In this document: positions 1 through 12,285 of the stretch, piece after piece | Numbering within the stretch: position 1 is the first letter of the stretch | Layout of the letters: every line of letters starts with the position of its first letter | Assembly (NCBI RefSeq): GCF_003334385.1 | Contig: NZ_QOWN01000005.1 | Reading direction: 5' to 3' (one strand) | DNA length: 64,000 nt | Source of the DNA: Escherichia coli | Lineage (GTDB): Bacteria > Pseudomonadota > Gammaproteobacteria > Enterobacterales > Enterobacteriaceae | Notes under the pieces: generated by a model | Database searches by the model: none | Seen by the model: only the letters and a program-made list of their open reading frames with translations | Told to the model about the DNA's origin: nothing | Made by a program: the position numbers and the translations under genes

Positions 1-6
1 TTTTAC

Positions 7-1899
7 TTACATCACCAGACGGCGAATGTCAGACAGCGTGTTGTTAATGATGGTAATGAAACGGGCACCATCAGCACCGTCGATCACGCGGTGGTCGAAG
101 GAGAGAGAAATCGGCAGCATCAGACGCGGCACGAACTCTTTACCATTCCACACCGGCTCCATCGCGGACTTGGAAACGCCGAGGATAGCCACTTCCGGCG
201 CGTTCACAATCGGCGCGAAGTGGGTAGTACCCAGGCCGCCGATGCTGGAGATGGTGAAGCAACCGCCCTGCATTTCGCCCGCAGTCAGCTTACCGTCACG
301 CGCTTTCTTAGAAATAGTCATCAGCTCGCGAGACAGCTCGATGATGCCTTTCTTGTTGACGTCTTTGAATACCGGAACAACCAGACCGTTCGGGGTATCC
401 ACCGCCACACCGATGTTGATGTATTTCTTCAGGGTCAGACGCTGACCGTCTTCCGACAGCGAACTATTGAAGCGAGGCATCTGCTCAAGAGCTGCAGCAA
501 CGGCTTTCATGATGAAGACAACCGGGGTGATCTTCACATCCAGCTTACGTTTCGCCGCTTCTTCGTTCTGCTGTTTACGGAACGCTTCCAACTCGGTGAT
601 ATCGGTTTTGTCGAAGTGAGTAACATGCGGGATCATTACCCAGTTACGGCTCAGGTTCGCACCAGAGATTTTCTGGATGCGGCCCAGTTCCACTTCTTCG
701 ATTTCACCAAACTTGCTGAAGTCCACCTTCGGCCACGGCAGCATGCCAGGGATACCACCGCCAGTCGCTGCCGGAGCTGCTTCTGCACGTTTGATAGCTT
801 CTTTCACGTAAGCCTGAACGTCTTCGCGCAGGATACGACCTTTACGGCCAGTGCCCTTCACTTTCGCAAGGTTAACACCAAACTCGCGTGCCAGACGGCG
901 GATCAGCGGAGTCGCGTGAACATAAGCGTCGTTTTCAGCAAATTCAGATTTGCCTTCCGCTTTCGCAGCTGGTGCTGCTGCCGGGGCTTCAGCTTTTGCT
1001 GCCGGTGCCGGCGCTGCCGCTTCCTGTTTCGCAGGAGCTGCCGCAGGCGCTGCGCCTTCAACTTCGAAGATCATAATCAGCGAGCCAGTTTTCACTTTAT
1101 CGCCAACGTTGACTTTCAGTTCCTTCACGACGCCTGCAAACGGCGCCGGAACTTCCATAGAAGCTTTGTCGCCTTCTACGGTGATCAGTGACTGTTCAGC
1201 GGCAACTTTGTCGCCCACTTTCACCATCACTTCAGTCACTTCAACTTCGTCACCGCCGATATCCGGAACGTTAACTTCTTTCACGCCAGCCGCTGGTGCA
1301 GGGGCCGCTGCCGGAGCTGCTTCCTGTTTAGCGGCCGGAGCTGCCGCGCCTGCTTCACCCGCGACTTCGAAGACCATAATCAGCGAGCCGGTAGACACTT
1401 TGTCACCCACGTTCACTTTGATCTCTTTCACGGTGCCAGCAAACGGAGCCGGAACTTCCATAGAAGCCTTGTCGCCTTCTACGGTGATCAGCGACTGTTC
1501 AGCTTCAACTTTATCGCCAACTTTCACCAGGATTTCGGTCACTTCAACTTCGTCGCTGCCGATATCCGGAACGTTAACGTCTTTTGCCGCCGCAGCCGCT
1601 GGTGCTGCTGCCGGAGCTGCTTCTTTCTTCTCTTCTGCCTGAGCAGGTGCAGCGTCTGCTGCACCGTCGGCGGAATCGAAAATCATAATCAGTGCGCCGG
1701 TCTGGGTTTTATCGCCAACAGAGACTTTGATCTCTTTAACGATACCCGCCTGCGGAGACGGAACTTCCATAGAGGCTTTGTCGCCTTCTACGGTGATCAG
1801 CGACTGTTCGGCTTCAACTTTGTCGCCCACTTTGACCAGGATCTCGGTGATTTCAACTTCATCAGCCCCGATGTCCGGTACTTTGATTTCGATAGCCAT
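7..1899 (-). CDS. aceF: Dihydrolipoamide acetyltransferase (E2) of pyruvate dehydrogenase; three tandem lipoyl domains separated by Ala/Pro-rich linkers
   Basis: 630-aa ORF with three repeats of the lipoyl motif ...[13 protein letters not shown]... and a C-terminal catalytic domain (DHRVIDGA); length matches E. coli AceF as I recall it. Confidence 0.97.
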
Positions 1900-1913
1900 T
1901 ATTCTTTTACCTC

Positions 1914-4577
1914 TTACGCCAGACGCGGGTTAACTTTATCTGCATCGATGTTGAATTTGGCGATTGCGTCAGCAACCACTTTCTTATCGATTTCGCCACG
2001 TTTAGCCAGTTCGCCCAGCGCCGCAACCACGACATAAGAAGCATCAACTTCGAAGTGGTGACGCAGGTTCTCACGGCTGTCGGAACGACCGAAGCCATCA
2101 GTACCCAGTACGCGGTAGTCGTCAGCCGGTACGTAAGTACGGACCTGCTCAGCGAACAGTTTCATATAGTCGGTAGATGCCACTGCCGGAGCGTCGTTCA
2201 TCACCTGAGCGATATACGGAACGCGCGGAGTTTCCAGCGGGTGCAGCATGTTCCAGCGTTCACAATCCTGACCATCACGCGCCAGCTCGGTGAAGGAGGT
2301 CACGCTATAAACGTCAGAACCTACGCCGTAATCTTTCGCCAGGATCTCAGCTGCTTCACGGACGTGACGCAGGATAGAACCGGAGCCGAGCAGCTGAACT
2401 TTACCTTTGCTACCTTCAATAGTTTCGAGTTTGTAGATACCTTTACGGATACCTTCCTCAGCACCTTCCGGCATTGCCGGCATGTGGTAGTTTTCGTTCA
2501 GCGTAGTGATGTAGTAGTAAACGTTCTCTTGTTTTTCACCGTACATACGCTCCAGACCGTCATGCATGATGACAGCAACTTCGTAAGCGTAAGCCGGGTC
2601 GTAAGAGATACAGTTCGGGATAGTCAGCGACTGAATGTGGCTGTGACCATCTTCGTGCTGCAGACCTTCGCCGTTCAGGGTGGTACGACCGGAAGTACCG
2701 CCGATCAGGAAGCCACGCGCTTGCTGGTCGCCAGCCGCCCAGCACAGATCGCCAATACGCTGGAAGCCGAACATCGAGTAATAGATGTAGAACGGGATCA
2801 TCGGCAGATTGTTGGTGCTGTAAGAGGTCGCCGCTGCCAGCCAGGAACAACCTGCGCCCAGCTCGTTGATCCCTTCCTGCAGAATCTGACCTTTCTCGTC
2901 TTCTTTATAGTAAGCAACCTGCTCGCGGTCCTGCGGGGTGTACTGCTGACCGTTCGGGCTGTAAATACCAATCTGACGGAACAGACCTTCCATACCGAAA
3001 GTACGCGCTTCGTCGGCGATGATCGGTACCAGACGATCTTTGATCGACTTGTTCTTCAGCATCACGTTCAGAGCACGAACGAAAGCGATAGTGGTAGAGA
3101 TCTCTTTGCTCTGCTCTTCCAACAGCGCGCCGAAGTCTTGCAGGCTCGGCAGCTCAAGCTTCTCGGTGAAGTTCGGCTGACGGCTTGGCAGATAACCGTG
3201 CAGTTTCTGACGCTGAGCGTGCAGATAGGTATGCTCTTCAGAACCTTCCGGGAAGGTGATGTACGGCAGTTTTTCGATATCTGCATCAGACACCGGCACA
3301 TTGAAACGGTCGCGGATATGACGCACACCGTCCATGTTCATTTTCTTAACCTGGTGCGCGATGTTTTTACCTTCAGCCGCGTCGCCCATGCCGTAACCTT
3401 TAATGGTATGAGCAAGGATTACTGTCGCTTTGCCTTTGGTTTCCTGCGCTTTCTTGAATGCAGCGTAGATTTTCTTCGGATCGTGACCACCACGGTTCAG
3501 TGCCCAGATCTGCTCGTCAGTCCAGTCTGCAACCAGTGCTGCGGTTTCAGGATATTTACCGAAGAAGTGTTCACGAACGTACGCACCATCTTTCGATTTG
3601 AAGGTCTGGTAGTCGCCGTCAACGGTTTCGTTCATCAGCTGGATCAGTTTACCGCTGGTATCCTTACGCAGCAGTTCATCCCAACGGCTACCCCACATCA
3701 CTTTGATCACGTTCCAGCCAGCACCTTCGAAGATGCCTTCCAGTTCGTTGATGATCTTGCCGTTACCGGTGACCGGGCCGTCAAGACGCTGCAGGTTACA
3801 GTTGATAACGAAGACCAGGTTATCCAGTTTTTCACGGGTAGCGATGGTGATCGCACCTTTGGATTCCGGTTCGTCCATTTCACCGTCACCGAGGAACGCG
3901 TAAACGGTTTGTTTAGAGGTATCTTTCAGGCCACGGTGTTCCAGATATTTCAGGAATTTAGCCTGGTAAATAGCACCAATCGGACCCAGACCCATAGATA
4001 CGGTCGGGAACTGCCAGAATTCCGGCATCAGTTTCGGGTGCGGATAGGAAGAGAGGCCATTGCCGTGAACTTCCTGACGGAAGTTATCCAGCTGCTCCTG
4101 AGTCAGACGACCTTCCAGGAAAGCACGAGCGTACACGCCCGGGGAGATGTGGCCCTGGAAGTAAACCAGGTCGCCGCCATCCTGCTCGTTGCGTGCACGG
4201 AAGAAGTGGTTAAAGCACACATCATAAATGGTTGCGGAAGACTGGAAGGACGCCATATGGCCGCCCAGTTCGAGGTCTTTTTTCGACGCACGCAGCACCG
4301 TCATGATGGCGTTCCAGCGGATAGCTGAACGAATACGGCGTTCCAGTTCCAGATTACCCGGATACTCCGGTTGTTCTTCAACGGGGATGGTGTTGATGTA
4401 GTTGCTGATACCTGTGCCTGCGGCTACGTTTACACCGCCTTTGCGGGCTTCAGCAAGCAGTTGGTCGATCAGATACTGAGCACGCTCAACACCTTCTTCA
4501 CGGATGACCGATTCGATCGCCTGGAGCCAGTCGCGAGTTTCGATCGGATCCACGTCATTTGGGAAACGTTCTGACAT
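1914..4577 (-). CDS. aceE: Pyruvate dehydrogenase E1 component
   Basis: 887-aa ORF beginning [24 protein letters not shown]; sits immediately upstream of aceF on the same strand. Confidence 0.97.
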
Positions 4578-4737
4578 GGGTTATTCCTTATCTATCTAAT
4601 AACGTTGAGTTTTCTGGAACCTGTCCCATTGAACTCTCGCCGGAAAGCTCAATAAGACAGGTTCTACGTTTAGTTGCCGCGCTTTTATATGCGCTTGATT
4701 TACAACATCTTCTGGATAATTTTTACCAGAAAAATCA

Positions 4738-5502
4738 CTAATTCTTTCGTTGCTCCAGACGACGCAGAGAACGCTCACGGCGGCTCTCTTCACGACTTCT
4801 GTCGAGCAAAATTTCTTCGATAAAGGCCAGATGGCGATGCGATGCTTCGCGCGCTTCTTCCGGCTTACCGGCCATAATCGCTTCAAATATGCGGGTGCGG
4901 TGACTACTCACCAGCGGCAGCATCTCGCGACGCGAATAGAGCAATTCGAAGTTCTGGCGGACATTCTGGGCCAACATCGGCTCCATACACCTTAGCAGAT
5001 GAAGCAGAACCACATTGTGGGCCGCTTCGGTGACGGCAATCTGATACTGGAGTACGGCGTTTGATTCCGCGTCCAGATCGCCAGACTGCTGCGCCAGCTC
5101 TATGGCGTGGTGGAGTTCACGGATGCGTTCCTTGTCTTCATCGGTACTACGCAGCGCGGCGTAATAAGCGGCGATACCTTCCAGGGCGTGTCGTGTTTCG
5201 AGCAAGTCATACTGTGACTCAGGATGGTCGGAGAGCAGCTCCACCAGCGGATCGCTGAAGCTTTGCCATAGGCTGCTCTGGACAAAAGTGCCGCCACCCT
5301 GGCGACGAAGCAACAAGCCCTTCGCTTCGAGACGTTGAATCGCCTCACGCAAGGAGGGACGGGAGACGTCAAACTGTTTTGCCAGTTCGCGTTCCGGTGG
5401 GAGTTTTTCGCCCGGGCGGAGAGTGCCTTCGAGGATCAAAAACTCCAGTTGCTGCTCAATCACATCGGAGAGTTTTGGTTGGCGGATTTTGCTGTAGGCC
5501 AT
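4738..5502 (-). CDS. pdhR: GntR-family pyruvate-responsive repressor of the pdh operon
   Basis: Track ORF trimmed to the ATG at 5500-5502 giving [14 protein letters not shown]... (254 aa); HTH region [19 protein letters not shown]. Confidence 0.93.
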
Positions 5503-5533
5503 GAGTTCCTGTCTTAAGCCACTTGCCGAAGTC

Positions 5534-5550
5534 AATTGGTCTTACCAATT
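5534..5550 (-). promoter_or_regulatory. PdhR operator-like palindrome AATTGGT-CTT-ACCAATT just upstream of the pdhR start
   Basis: Perfect inverted repeat read directly in the sequence; matches the PdhR box consensus as I recall it. Confidence 0.5.
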
Positions 5551-5954
5551 TCATGTCTGTGACGCTAAAGTAACAAAGTATTCACCTTATGTCCATACAG
5601 GTTTTGATTGAAATCATGAAACTGTGCACATTTTAACAACTTGACATATATAACGTTTCAAAGTTGTAACTATGCACAAATGTAGACTTTACGTAGGAAA
5701 GGAGTTTTTTAACGATTATTAAACTATAAAAATCCGAATTGAACCGATTCACTTACCAATTTTGTGATTTTTAATTCAATTAAAACGAATTTAAATTCAT
5801 TCTACATATTGAGAGGGGTTGAGGCTGAGCTTTACAAACGGTTTCTTTTTAAGCAACTCATCTTCAACCATGCATAAAGCGGGTGCATTCGCTGCCGCAT
5901 ACCATTATTCTTGATCTGACGGAAGTCTTTTTGTAACAATTCAAACTTCTTTGA

Positions 5955-5972
5955 TGTAAACAAATTAATACA
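5955..5972 (+). promoter_or_regulatory. Candidate TyrR box (TGTAAA-N6-AATACA) in the aroP leader
   Basis: Left half-site is perfect, right half matches 4 of 6; aroP is a known TyrR regulon member. Confidence 0.25.
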
Positions 5973-6042
5973 ACAAACGGAATTGCAAACTTACACACGC
6001 ATCACTGCGTAGATCAAAAAAACAACCACCGCACGAGGTTTC

Positions 6043-7416
6043 ATGATGGAAGGTCAACAGCACGGCGAGCAGCTAAAGCGCGGCCTTAAAAACCGCCATA
6101 TTCAGCTTATCGCGCTGGGTGGCGCGATAGGGACCGGGTTATTCCTGGGTAGCGCCTCCGTAATACAGTCCGCAGGGCCAGGGATTATCCTGGGTTACGC
6201 CATTGCTGGTTTTATCGCCTTTCTGATCATGCGTCAGCTGGGTGAAATGGTGGTCGAAGAACCTGTCGCAGGCTCCTTTAGCCACTTTGCTTATAAATAC
6301 TGGGGCAGTTTTGCCGGTTTCGCCTCTGGCTGGAACTACTGGGTACTGTACGTTTTAGTTGCCATGGCTGAGCTGACTGCCGTGGGTAAATACATTCAGT
6401 TCTGGTATCCGGAAATCCCCACCTGGGTTTCTGCCGCCGTATTCTTTGTGGTGATTAACGCCATCAACCTGACCAACGTTAAAGTGTTTGGCGAGATGGA
6501 GTTCTGGTTTGCCATTATCAAAGTTATCGCGGTGGTAGCGATGATCATCTTCGGCGGCTGGCTGCTATTCAGTGGCAACGGCGGCCCGCAGGCGACCGTT
6601 AGCAACCTGTGGGATCAGGGTGGTTTCCTGCCGCACGGCTTCACCGGGCTGGTGATGATGATGGCGATTATCATGTTCTCGTTCGGTGGTCTGGAACTGG
6701 TGGGGATCACCGCAGCAGAAGCTGATAACCCGGAGCAAAGTATACCGAAAGCAACTAACCAGGTTATCTACCGCATCCTGATTTTCTATATTGGTTCGTT
6801 AGCCGTTCTGCTCTCACTGATGCCGTGGACCCGCGTTACCGCCGATACCAGTCCGTTTGTGCTGATCTTCCACGAGTTAGGCGATACCTTTGTGGCGAAT
6901 GCGCTGAACATCGTGGTACTGACTGCGGCGCTCTCCGTGTACAACAGCTGCGTATATTGCAACAGCCGTATGCTGTTTGGTCTGGCACAACAGGGTAATG
7001 CGCCAAAAGCGCTGGCGTCTGTCGATAAACGTGGTGTACCAGTAAATACCATTCTGGTGTCTGCACTGGTAACGGCGTTGTGCGTACTGATTAACTACCT
7101 TGCCCCAGAGTCCGCTTTCGGACTGTTAATGGCGCTGGTGGTATCTGCACTGGTAATCAACTGGGCGATGATTAGCCTGGCGCATATGAAATTCCGTCGC
7201 GCCAAGCAGGAACAAGGCGTGGTAACTCGCTTCCCTGCTCTACTTTATCCGCTGGGTAACTGGATCTGCCTGCTGTTTATGGCGGCGGTACTGGTGATTA
7301 TGCTGATGACCCCAGGAATGGCGATTTCGGTATACCTGATCCCGGTATGGCTGATCGTGTTAGGTATCGGCTATCTGTTTAAAGAGAAAACCGCCAAAGC
7401 CGTAAAAGCGCATTAA
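6043..7416 (+). CDS. aroP: Aromatic amino acid:H+ symporter (APC family)
   Basis: 457-aa polytopic membrane ORF beginning MMEGQQHGEQLKRGLKNRHIQLIALGGAIGTGLFLG. Confidence 0.96.
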   Translation: MMEGQQHGEQLKRGLKNRHIQLIALGGAIGTGLFLGSASVIQSAGPGIILGYAIAGFIAFLIMRQLGEMVVEEPVAGSFSHFAYKYWGSFAGFASGWNYWVLYVLVAMAELTAVGKYIQFWYPEIPTWVSAAVFFVVINAINLTNVKVFGEMEFWFAIIKVIAVVAMIIFGGWLLFSGNGGPQATVSNLWDQGGFLPHGFTGLVMMMAIIMFSFGGLELVGITAAEADNPEQSIPKATNQVIYRILIFYIGSLAVLLSLMPWTRVTADTSPFVLIFHELGDTFVANALNIVVLTAALSVYNSCVYCNSRMLFGLAQQGNAPKALASVDKRGVPVNTILVSALVTALCVLINYLAPESAFGLLMALVVSALVINWAMISLAHMKFRRAKQEQGVVTRFPALLYPLGNWICLLFMAAVLVIMLMTPGMAISVYLIPVWLIVLGIGYLFKEKTAKAVKAH

Positions 7417-7425
7417 TCTCTCTAC

Positions 7426-7450
7426 GCCCTCACCCGTACAGGGTGAGGGC
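7426..7450. terminator. 10-bp perfect stem-loop (GCCCTCACCC gtaca GGGTGAGGGC) between convergent aroP and ampE
   Basis: Inverted repeat seen in the sequence; flanking T-tracts are weak, so it is probably a hairpin-only bidirectional terminator. Confidence 0.4.
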
Positions 7451-7458
7451 AATAATCT

Positions 7459-8313
7459 TTACACCAACGCCCCGTAAATCGTCAGTAGTGCAATCACCAC
7501 CACGACCACGAACGAGGTTTTCTTCGCCATTGAAACCGCTGCCTTCGGCGTCTCCACCTTATCGACATGCGGTTCACGCGCCAGAGAGAACTGCGCCAGA
7601 CGCGTTAACACCTGATACTGCGAAGTATGGAAATCACCCAGCGAAGCAAACCAGGCCGGTAACGCTTTCTCACCATGACCGATCAAGGCATATACCACAC
7701 CCGCAAGACGAACCGGCACCCAATCCAGTACATGAAGCACGGCATCAATGCCGGACTGTAAACGATGATGCGGCGTCTGATATCGCGCCAGCCAGTATTG
7801 CCATGCACGCAAAAACGCATACCCCATCAGCGTAACGGGTCCCCAGGTTCCCCCCACAATCAGCCAGAACAGCGGTGCAAGATAAAAACGAAAGTTAATC
7901 CACAGCAATGCATTTTGCAGCTCACGCAAATACTCACGTTCGTCGCAGCCTGCCGGGACGCCGTGAATCATGGTGAGTTCGCCAGCCATCGTGGCACGGG
8001 CATGGCTATCATTACGTGAAGCAGCTGTCAGATAAGCATGATAATGAAGACGAACTTTACCTGCGCCAATACACAGCAAACCAATCAGCAGCCACACCAG
8101 TAGCGTGGGAACGTTGAACAATACTCCCTGCAATGCGCGTAACAGTAAAAAAGTCACGCCCATCGCAATAATGGTCATGCCTAACGTGCGCCCGAGAGAA
8201 AAATGTTTCACCCGCCGAAAGAACGCTTCAAGACGATGATCAAGCTGCCAGTGCTCGCCCAACTTAAACAGGCGCTCGAAAATTAACACCAGTAAGGTTG
8301 TAAATAGCGTCAT
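7459..8313 (-). CDS. ampE: AmpE inner-membrane protein (ampDE operon)
   Basis: Track ORF trimmed to [15 protein letters not shown]... (284 aa); start overlaps the ampD stop (ATGA). Confidence 0.92.
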
Positions 8314-8861
8314 GTTGTCTCCTTGCTGACCAGCACACGAAACCGTGCCCAATCAAATGCAGGACCGGGATCGGTTTTCCGATCCGGCGCAATATCACAA
8401 TGGCCCGTCATGTTTTTAGCGATATCCGGATAGCAATCAATCAGTGCCCGCGTAACCGCCGCAAGCTGTTGATACTGCGCATCGGTATACGCCAGCGTAT
8501 CGGTGCCTTCAAGCTCAATCCCAATAGAAAAATCATTGCAGCGTTCGCGCCCCTGATACTGAGAGACTCCCGCATGCCATGCACGTTTATCGAAAGGAAC
8601 ATACTGGACTATTTCACCATCACGGCGAATCAAACAGTGAGCGGAGACGCGCAAATGGGCGATCTCAGCAAAGAAAGGATGTGCCTGCGGATCAATAGTT
8701 CCAGTGAATAATGCGTCGATCCACGGACCGCCAAACTCGCCTGGCGGCAGGCTAATATTGTGCACCACCAGCAGGGTGGGTGTTTCGTCATCCGGGCGGC
8801 AATCGTAATGTGGTGAGGGAACGCGGCGCGCGCCAACCAGCCACCCCTGTTCTAACAACAT
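8310..8861 (-). CDS. ampD: 1,6-anhydro-N-acetylmuramyl-L-alanine amidase
   Basis: 183-aa ORF beginning [26 protein letters not shown]. Confidence 0.95.
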
Positions 8862-8888
8862 GCAGGATCTCCTTATATGTGGTGCTAA

Positions 8889-9842
<954 letters not shown>

Positions 9843-10044
9843 TAGTTGACAGATTTATCCGCTCCATCGCGGGCGGATAATCTCCCCTTCCCCAACTTTC
9901 TTCGTAACGCCTCGCAAATTTCTTGTCTTTCGCTGCAACGAAATAAAAAACCTCGGAATCTGCTTTCCCGTTTCGTTTTTTGCCCCTCGCCTGTGCTGAT
10001 GGCGTTTGCCAAAGTAGCGCCAACCAAATCAAGGAGCGAAACAG

Positions 10045-10485
10045 ATGGACAAGCAACGCGGTTTTACACTTATCGAACTGATGGTGGTTATTGGCATCAT
10101 TGCCATTTTAAGCGCCATTGGTATTCCCGCTTATCAAAACTACCTGCGCAAAGCCGCACTCACCGACATGCTACAAACCTTTGTGCCTTACCGTACCGCC
10201 GTAGAGTTGTGCGCGCTGGAACATGGTGGATTAGATACCTGCGACGGTGGCAGCAATGGCATTCCCTCGCCTACCACCACCCGCTATGTTTCAGCCATGA
10301 GTGTGGCAAAGGGCGTGGTGTCGCTGACCGGGCAAGAAAGTCTCAATGGGCTAAGCGTCGTCATGACACCGGGTTGGGATAACGCAAACGGCGTCACCGG
10401 CTGGACGCGCAACTGCAATATTCAAAGTGACAGCGCATTGCAGCAAGCCTGCGAAGATGTCTTCCGCTTTGATGACGCCAACTAA
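10045..10485 (+). CDS. ppdD: Type IV prepilin-like major pilin
   Basis: 146-aa ORF with the class III signal MDKQRGFTLIELMVVIGIIAIL (G/FTLIE cleavage motif). Confidence 0.93.
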   Translation: MDKQRGFTLIELMVVIGIIAILSAIGIPAYQNYLRKAALTDMLQTFVPYRTAVELCALEHGGLDTCDGGSNGIPSPTTTRYVSAMSVAKGVVSLTGQESLNGLSVVMTPGWDNANGVTGWTRNCNIQSDSALQQACEDVFRFDDAN

Positions 10486-10494
10486 GGAGCGGCA

Positions 10495-12285
10495 ATGAAT
10501 ATTCCACAGCTCACTGCCCTGTGTCTGCGTTATCATGGAGTCTTGCTGGATGCCAGCGAAGAGGTGGTTCATGTTGCGGTAGTCGATGCACCTTCGCATG
10601 AGCTACTGGACGCATTGCATTTCGCTACCACCAAACGTATTGAGATCACCTGCTGGACGCGCCAACAAATGGAAGGTCACGCCAGTCGCACACAACAGAC
10701 ATTGCCCGTAGCTGTTCAGGAGAAGCATCAGCCCAAAGCAGAGTTGCTAACTCGAACGTTACAATCTGCGCTGGAACAACGCGCGTCTGATATTCATATC
10801 GAACCAGCGGACAATGCCTACCGCATCCGCTTGCGTATCGACGGCGTATTGCATCCTTTACCGGATGTTTCACCGGATGCCGGAGTCGCATTAACCGCCA
10901 GATTAAAAGTGCTGGGAAACCTGGATATTGCGGAACATCGCCTGCCGCAGGACGGGCAATTCACTGTCGAACTGGCAGGAAACGCCGTCTCATTTCGTAT
11001 TGCGACCTTACCATGTCGGGGTGGTGAAAAGGTGGTATTAAGGTTGTTACAGCAGGTGGGTCAGGCACTGGATGTCAACACGCTTGGAATGCAGCCGTTA
11101 CAACTGGCGGACTTTGCTCATGCCTTGCAACAACCACAGGGACTGGTGCTGGTAACTGGCCCTACCGGCAGCGGCAAAACGGTCACGCTTTATAGTGCCC
11201 TGCAAAAGCTGAATACCGCTGACATTAATATTTGTAGCGTCGAAGATCCAGTTGAGATCCCCATAGCCGGACTAAACCAGACGCAAATCCATCCGCGTGC
11301 CGGACTCACCTTTCAGGGCGTTTTGCGTGCGTTATTGCGCCAGGATCCTGACGTCATCATGATCGGAGAGATCCGCGATGGCGAAACAGCAGAGATCGCT
11401 ATTAAAGCGGCGCAAACTGGTCACCTGGTGTTGTCTACCCTACACACTAATTCCACCTGCGAAACGCTGGTACGTTTACAGCAAATGGGGGTCGCCCGCT
11501 GGATGCTATCATCGGCGCTTACGCTGGTAATAGCCCAGCGTCAGTTGACCGACAAAGTGAAATCAGCGTTACGTTATCCCATCATCATTTTAGCGATGGC
11601 AATCATGGTGGTTGTGGCAATGCTGCATTTTGTTCTGCCGGAGTTTGCCGCTATCTATAAGACCTTCAACACCCCACTACCGGCACTAACGCAGGGGATC
11701 ATGACGCTGGCAGACTTTAGTGGCGAATGGAGCTGGCTGCTGGTGTTGTTCGGCTTTCTGCTGGCGATAGCCAATAAGTTGCTGATGCGCCGACCGACCT
11801 GGCTTATAGTGCGGCAGAAATTGCTGTTACGCATCCCGATTATGGGTTCACTGATGCGGGGACAAAAACTCACGCAGATCTTTACGATTCTGGCGCTGAC
11901 ACAAAGTGCAGGCATTACTTTTTTACAGGGCGTAGAGAGCGTCAGAGAAACAATGCGCTGCCCGTACTGGGTGCAACTTCTGACACAAATCCAGCACGAT
12001 ATCAGTAACGGTCAACCCATCTGGCTGGCGCTAAAAAATACCGGTGAGTTTAGCCCGCTCTGTTTGCAATTAGTGAGAACAGGAGAGGCATCCGGCTCTC
12101 TGGATCTCATGTTAGACAACCTCGCCCATCATCATCGGGAAAACACAATGGCGCTGGCGGATAACCTCGCAGCCTTACTGGAACCGGCGTTGCTGATCAT
12201 AACGGGAGGAATTATTGGTACGCTGGTGGTGGCAATGTATCTGCCAATTTTCCATTTAGGCGATGCGATGAGTGGGATGGGATAA
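10495..12285 (+). CDS. hofB/hofC: Chimeric ORF: GspE/PilB-type secretion ATPase (HofB-like residues ~1-349) fused in frame to the C-terminal ~247 residues of a GspF/PilC-type platform protein (HofC-like); probably a deletion remnant, possibly non-functional
   Basis: Single 596-aa ORF. Walker A LVLVTGPTGSGKT at aa 218-230, Asp box DPDVIMIGEIRD, His box GHLVLSTLHTNS, then ...ALTLVIAQR | QLTDKVKSALRYPIIILAMAIMVVVAML... (junction near nt 11536-11545) continuing as a polytopic membrane protein that ends LLEPALLIITGGIIGTLVVAMYLPIF. No GspE C-terminal tetracysteine domain and no GspF N-terminal cytoplasmic domain. Confidence 0.8.
   Translation: MNIPQLTALCLRYHGVLLDASEEVVHVAVVDAPSHELLDALHFATTKRIEITCWTRQQMEGHASRTQQTLPVAVQEKHQPKAELLTRTLQSALEQRASDIHIEPADNAYRIRLRIDGVLHPLPDVSPDAGVALTARLKVLGNLDIAEHRLPQDGQFTVELAGNAVSFRIATLPCRGGEKVVLRLLQQVGQALDVNTLGMQPLQLADFAHALQQPQGLVLVTGPTGSGKTVTLYSALQKLNTADINICSVEDPVEIPIAGLNQTQIHPRAGLTFQGVLRALLRQDPDVIMIGEIRDGETAEIAIKAAQTGHLVLSTLHTNSTCETLVRLQQMGVARWMLSSALTLVIAQRQLTDKVKSALRYPIIILAMAIMVVVAMLHFVLPEFAAIYKTFNTPLPALTQGIMTLADFSGEWSWLLVLFGFLLAIANKLLMRRPTWLIVRQKLLLRIPIMGSLMRGQKLTQIFTILALTQSAGITFLQGVESVRETMRCPYWVQLLTQIQHDISNGQPIWLALKNTGEFSPLCLQLVRTGEASGSLDLMLDNLAHHHRENTMALADNLAALLEPALLIITGGIIGTLVVAMYLPIFHLGDAMSGMG

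Noticed and set aside
2055-4328. 757-aa plus-strand ORF antisense to aceE
   Set aside because: Shadow ORF in the opposite strand of a strongly codon-biased gene; its translation is low-complexity (R/H/F/V-rich) with no recognisable domain, and aceE on the other strand is unambiguous.
4738-5535. N-terminally extended ORF versions in the track (pdhR, ampE, nadC, rsmH, mraZ, ilvH, ilvI, leuO, sgrR, thiB, thiQ, araC, araA, secM, ftsW)
   Set aside because: The longest-ORF rule overcalls starts. Internal starts were chosen where the downstream Met or GTG reproduces the recognisable N-terminus and the expected protein length, and where start/stop overlap with the neighbouring gene fits operon structure.
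9846-10382. 178-aa ORF spanning the nadC-ppdD spacer and overlapping ppdD out of frame
   Set aside because: Overlaps the recognisable ppdD gene in a different frame; no SD and an Arg/Ser-rich product.
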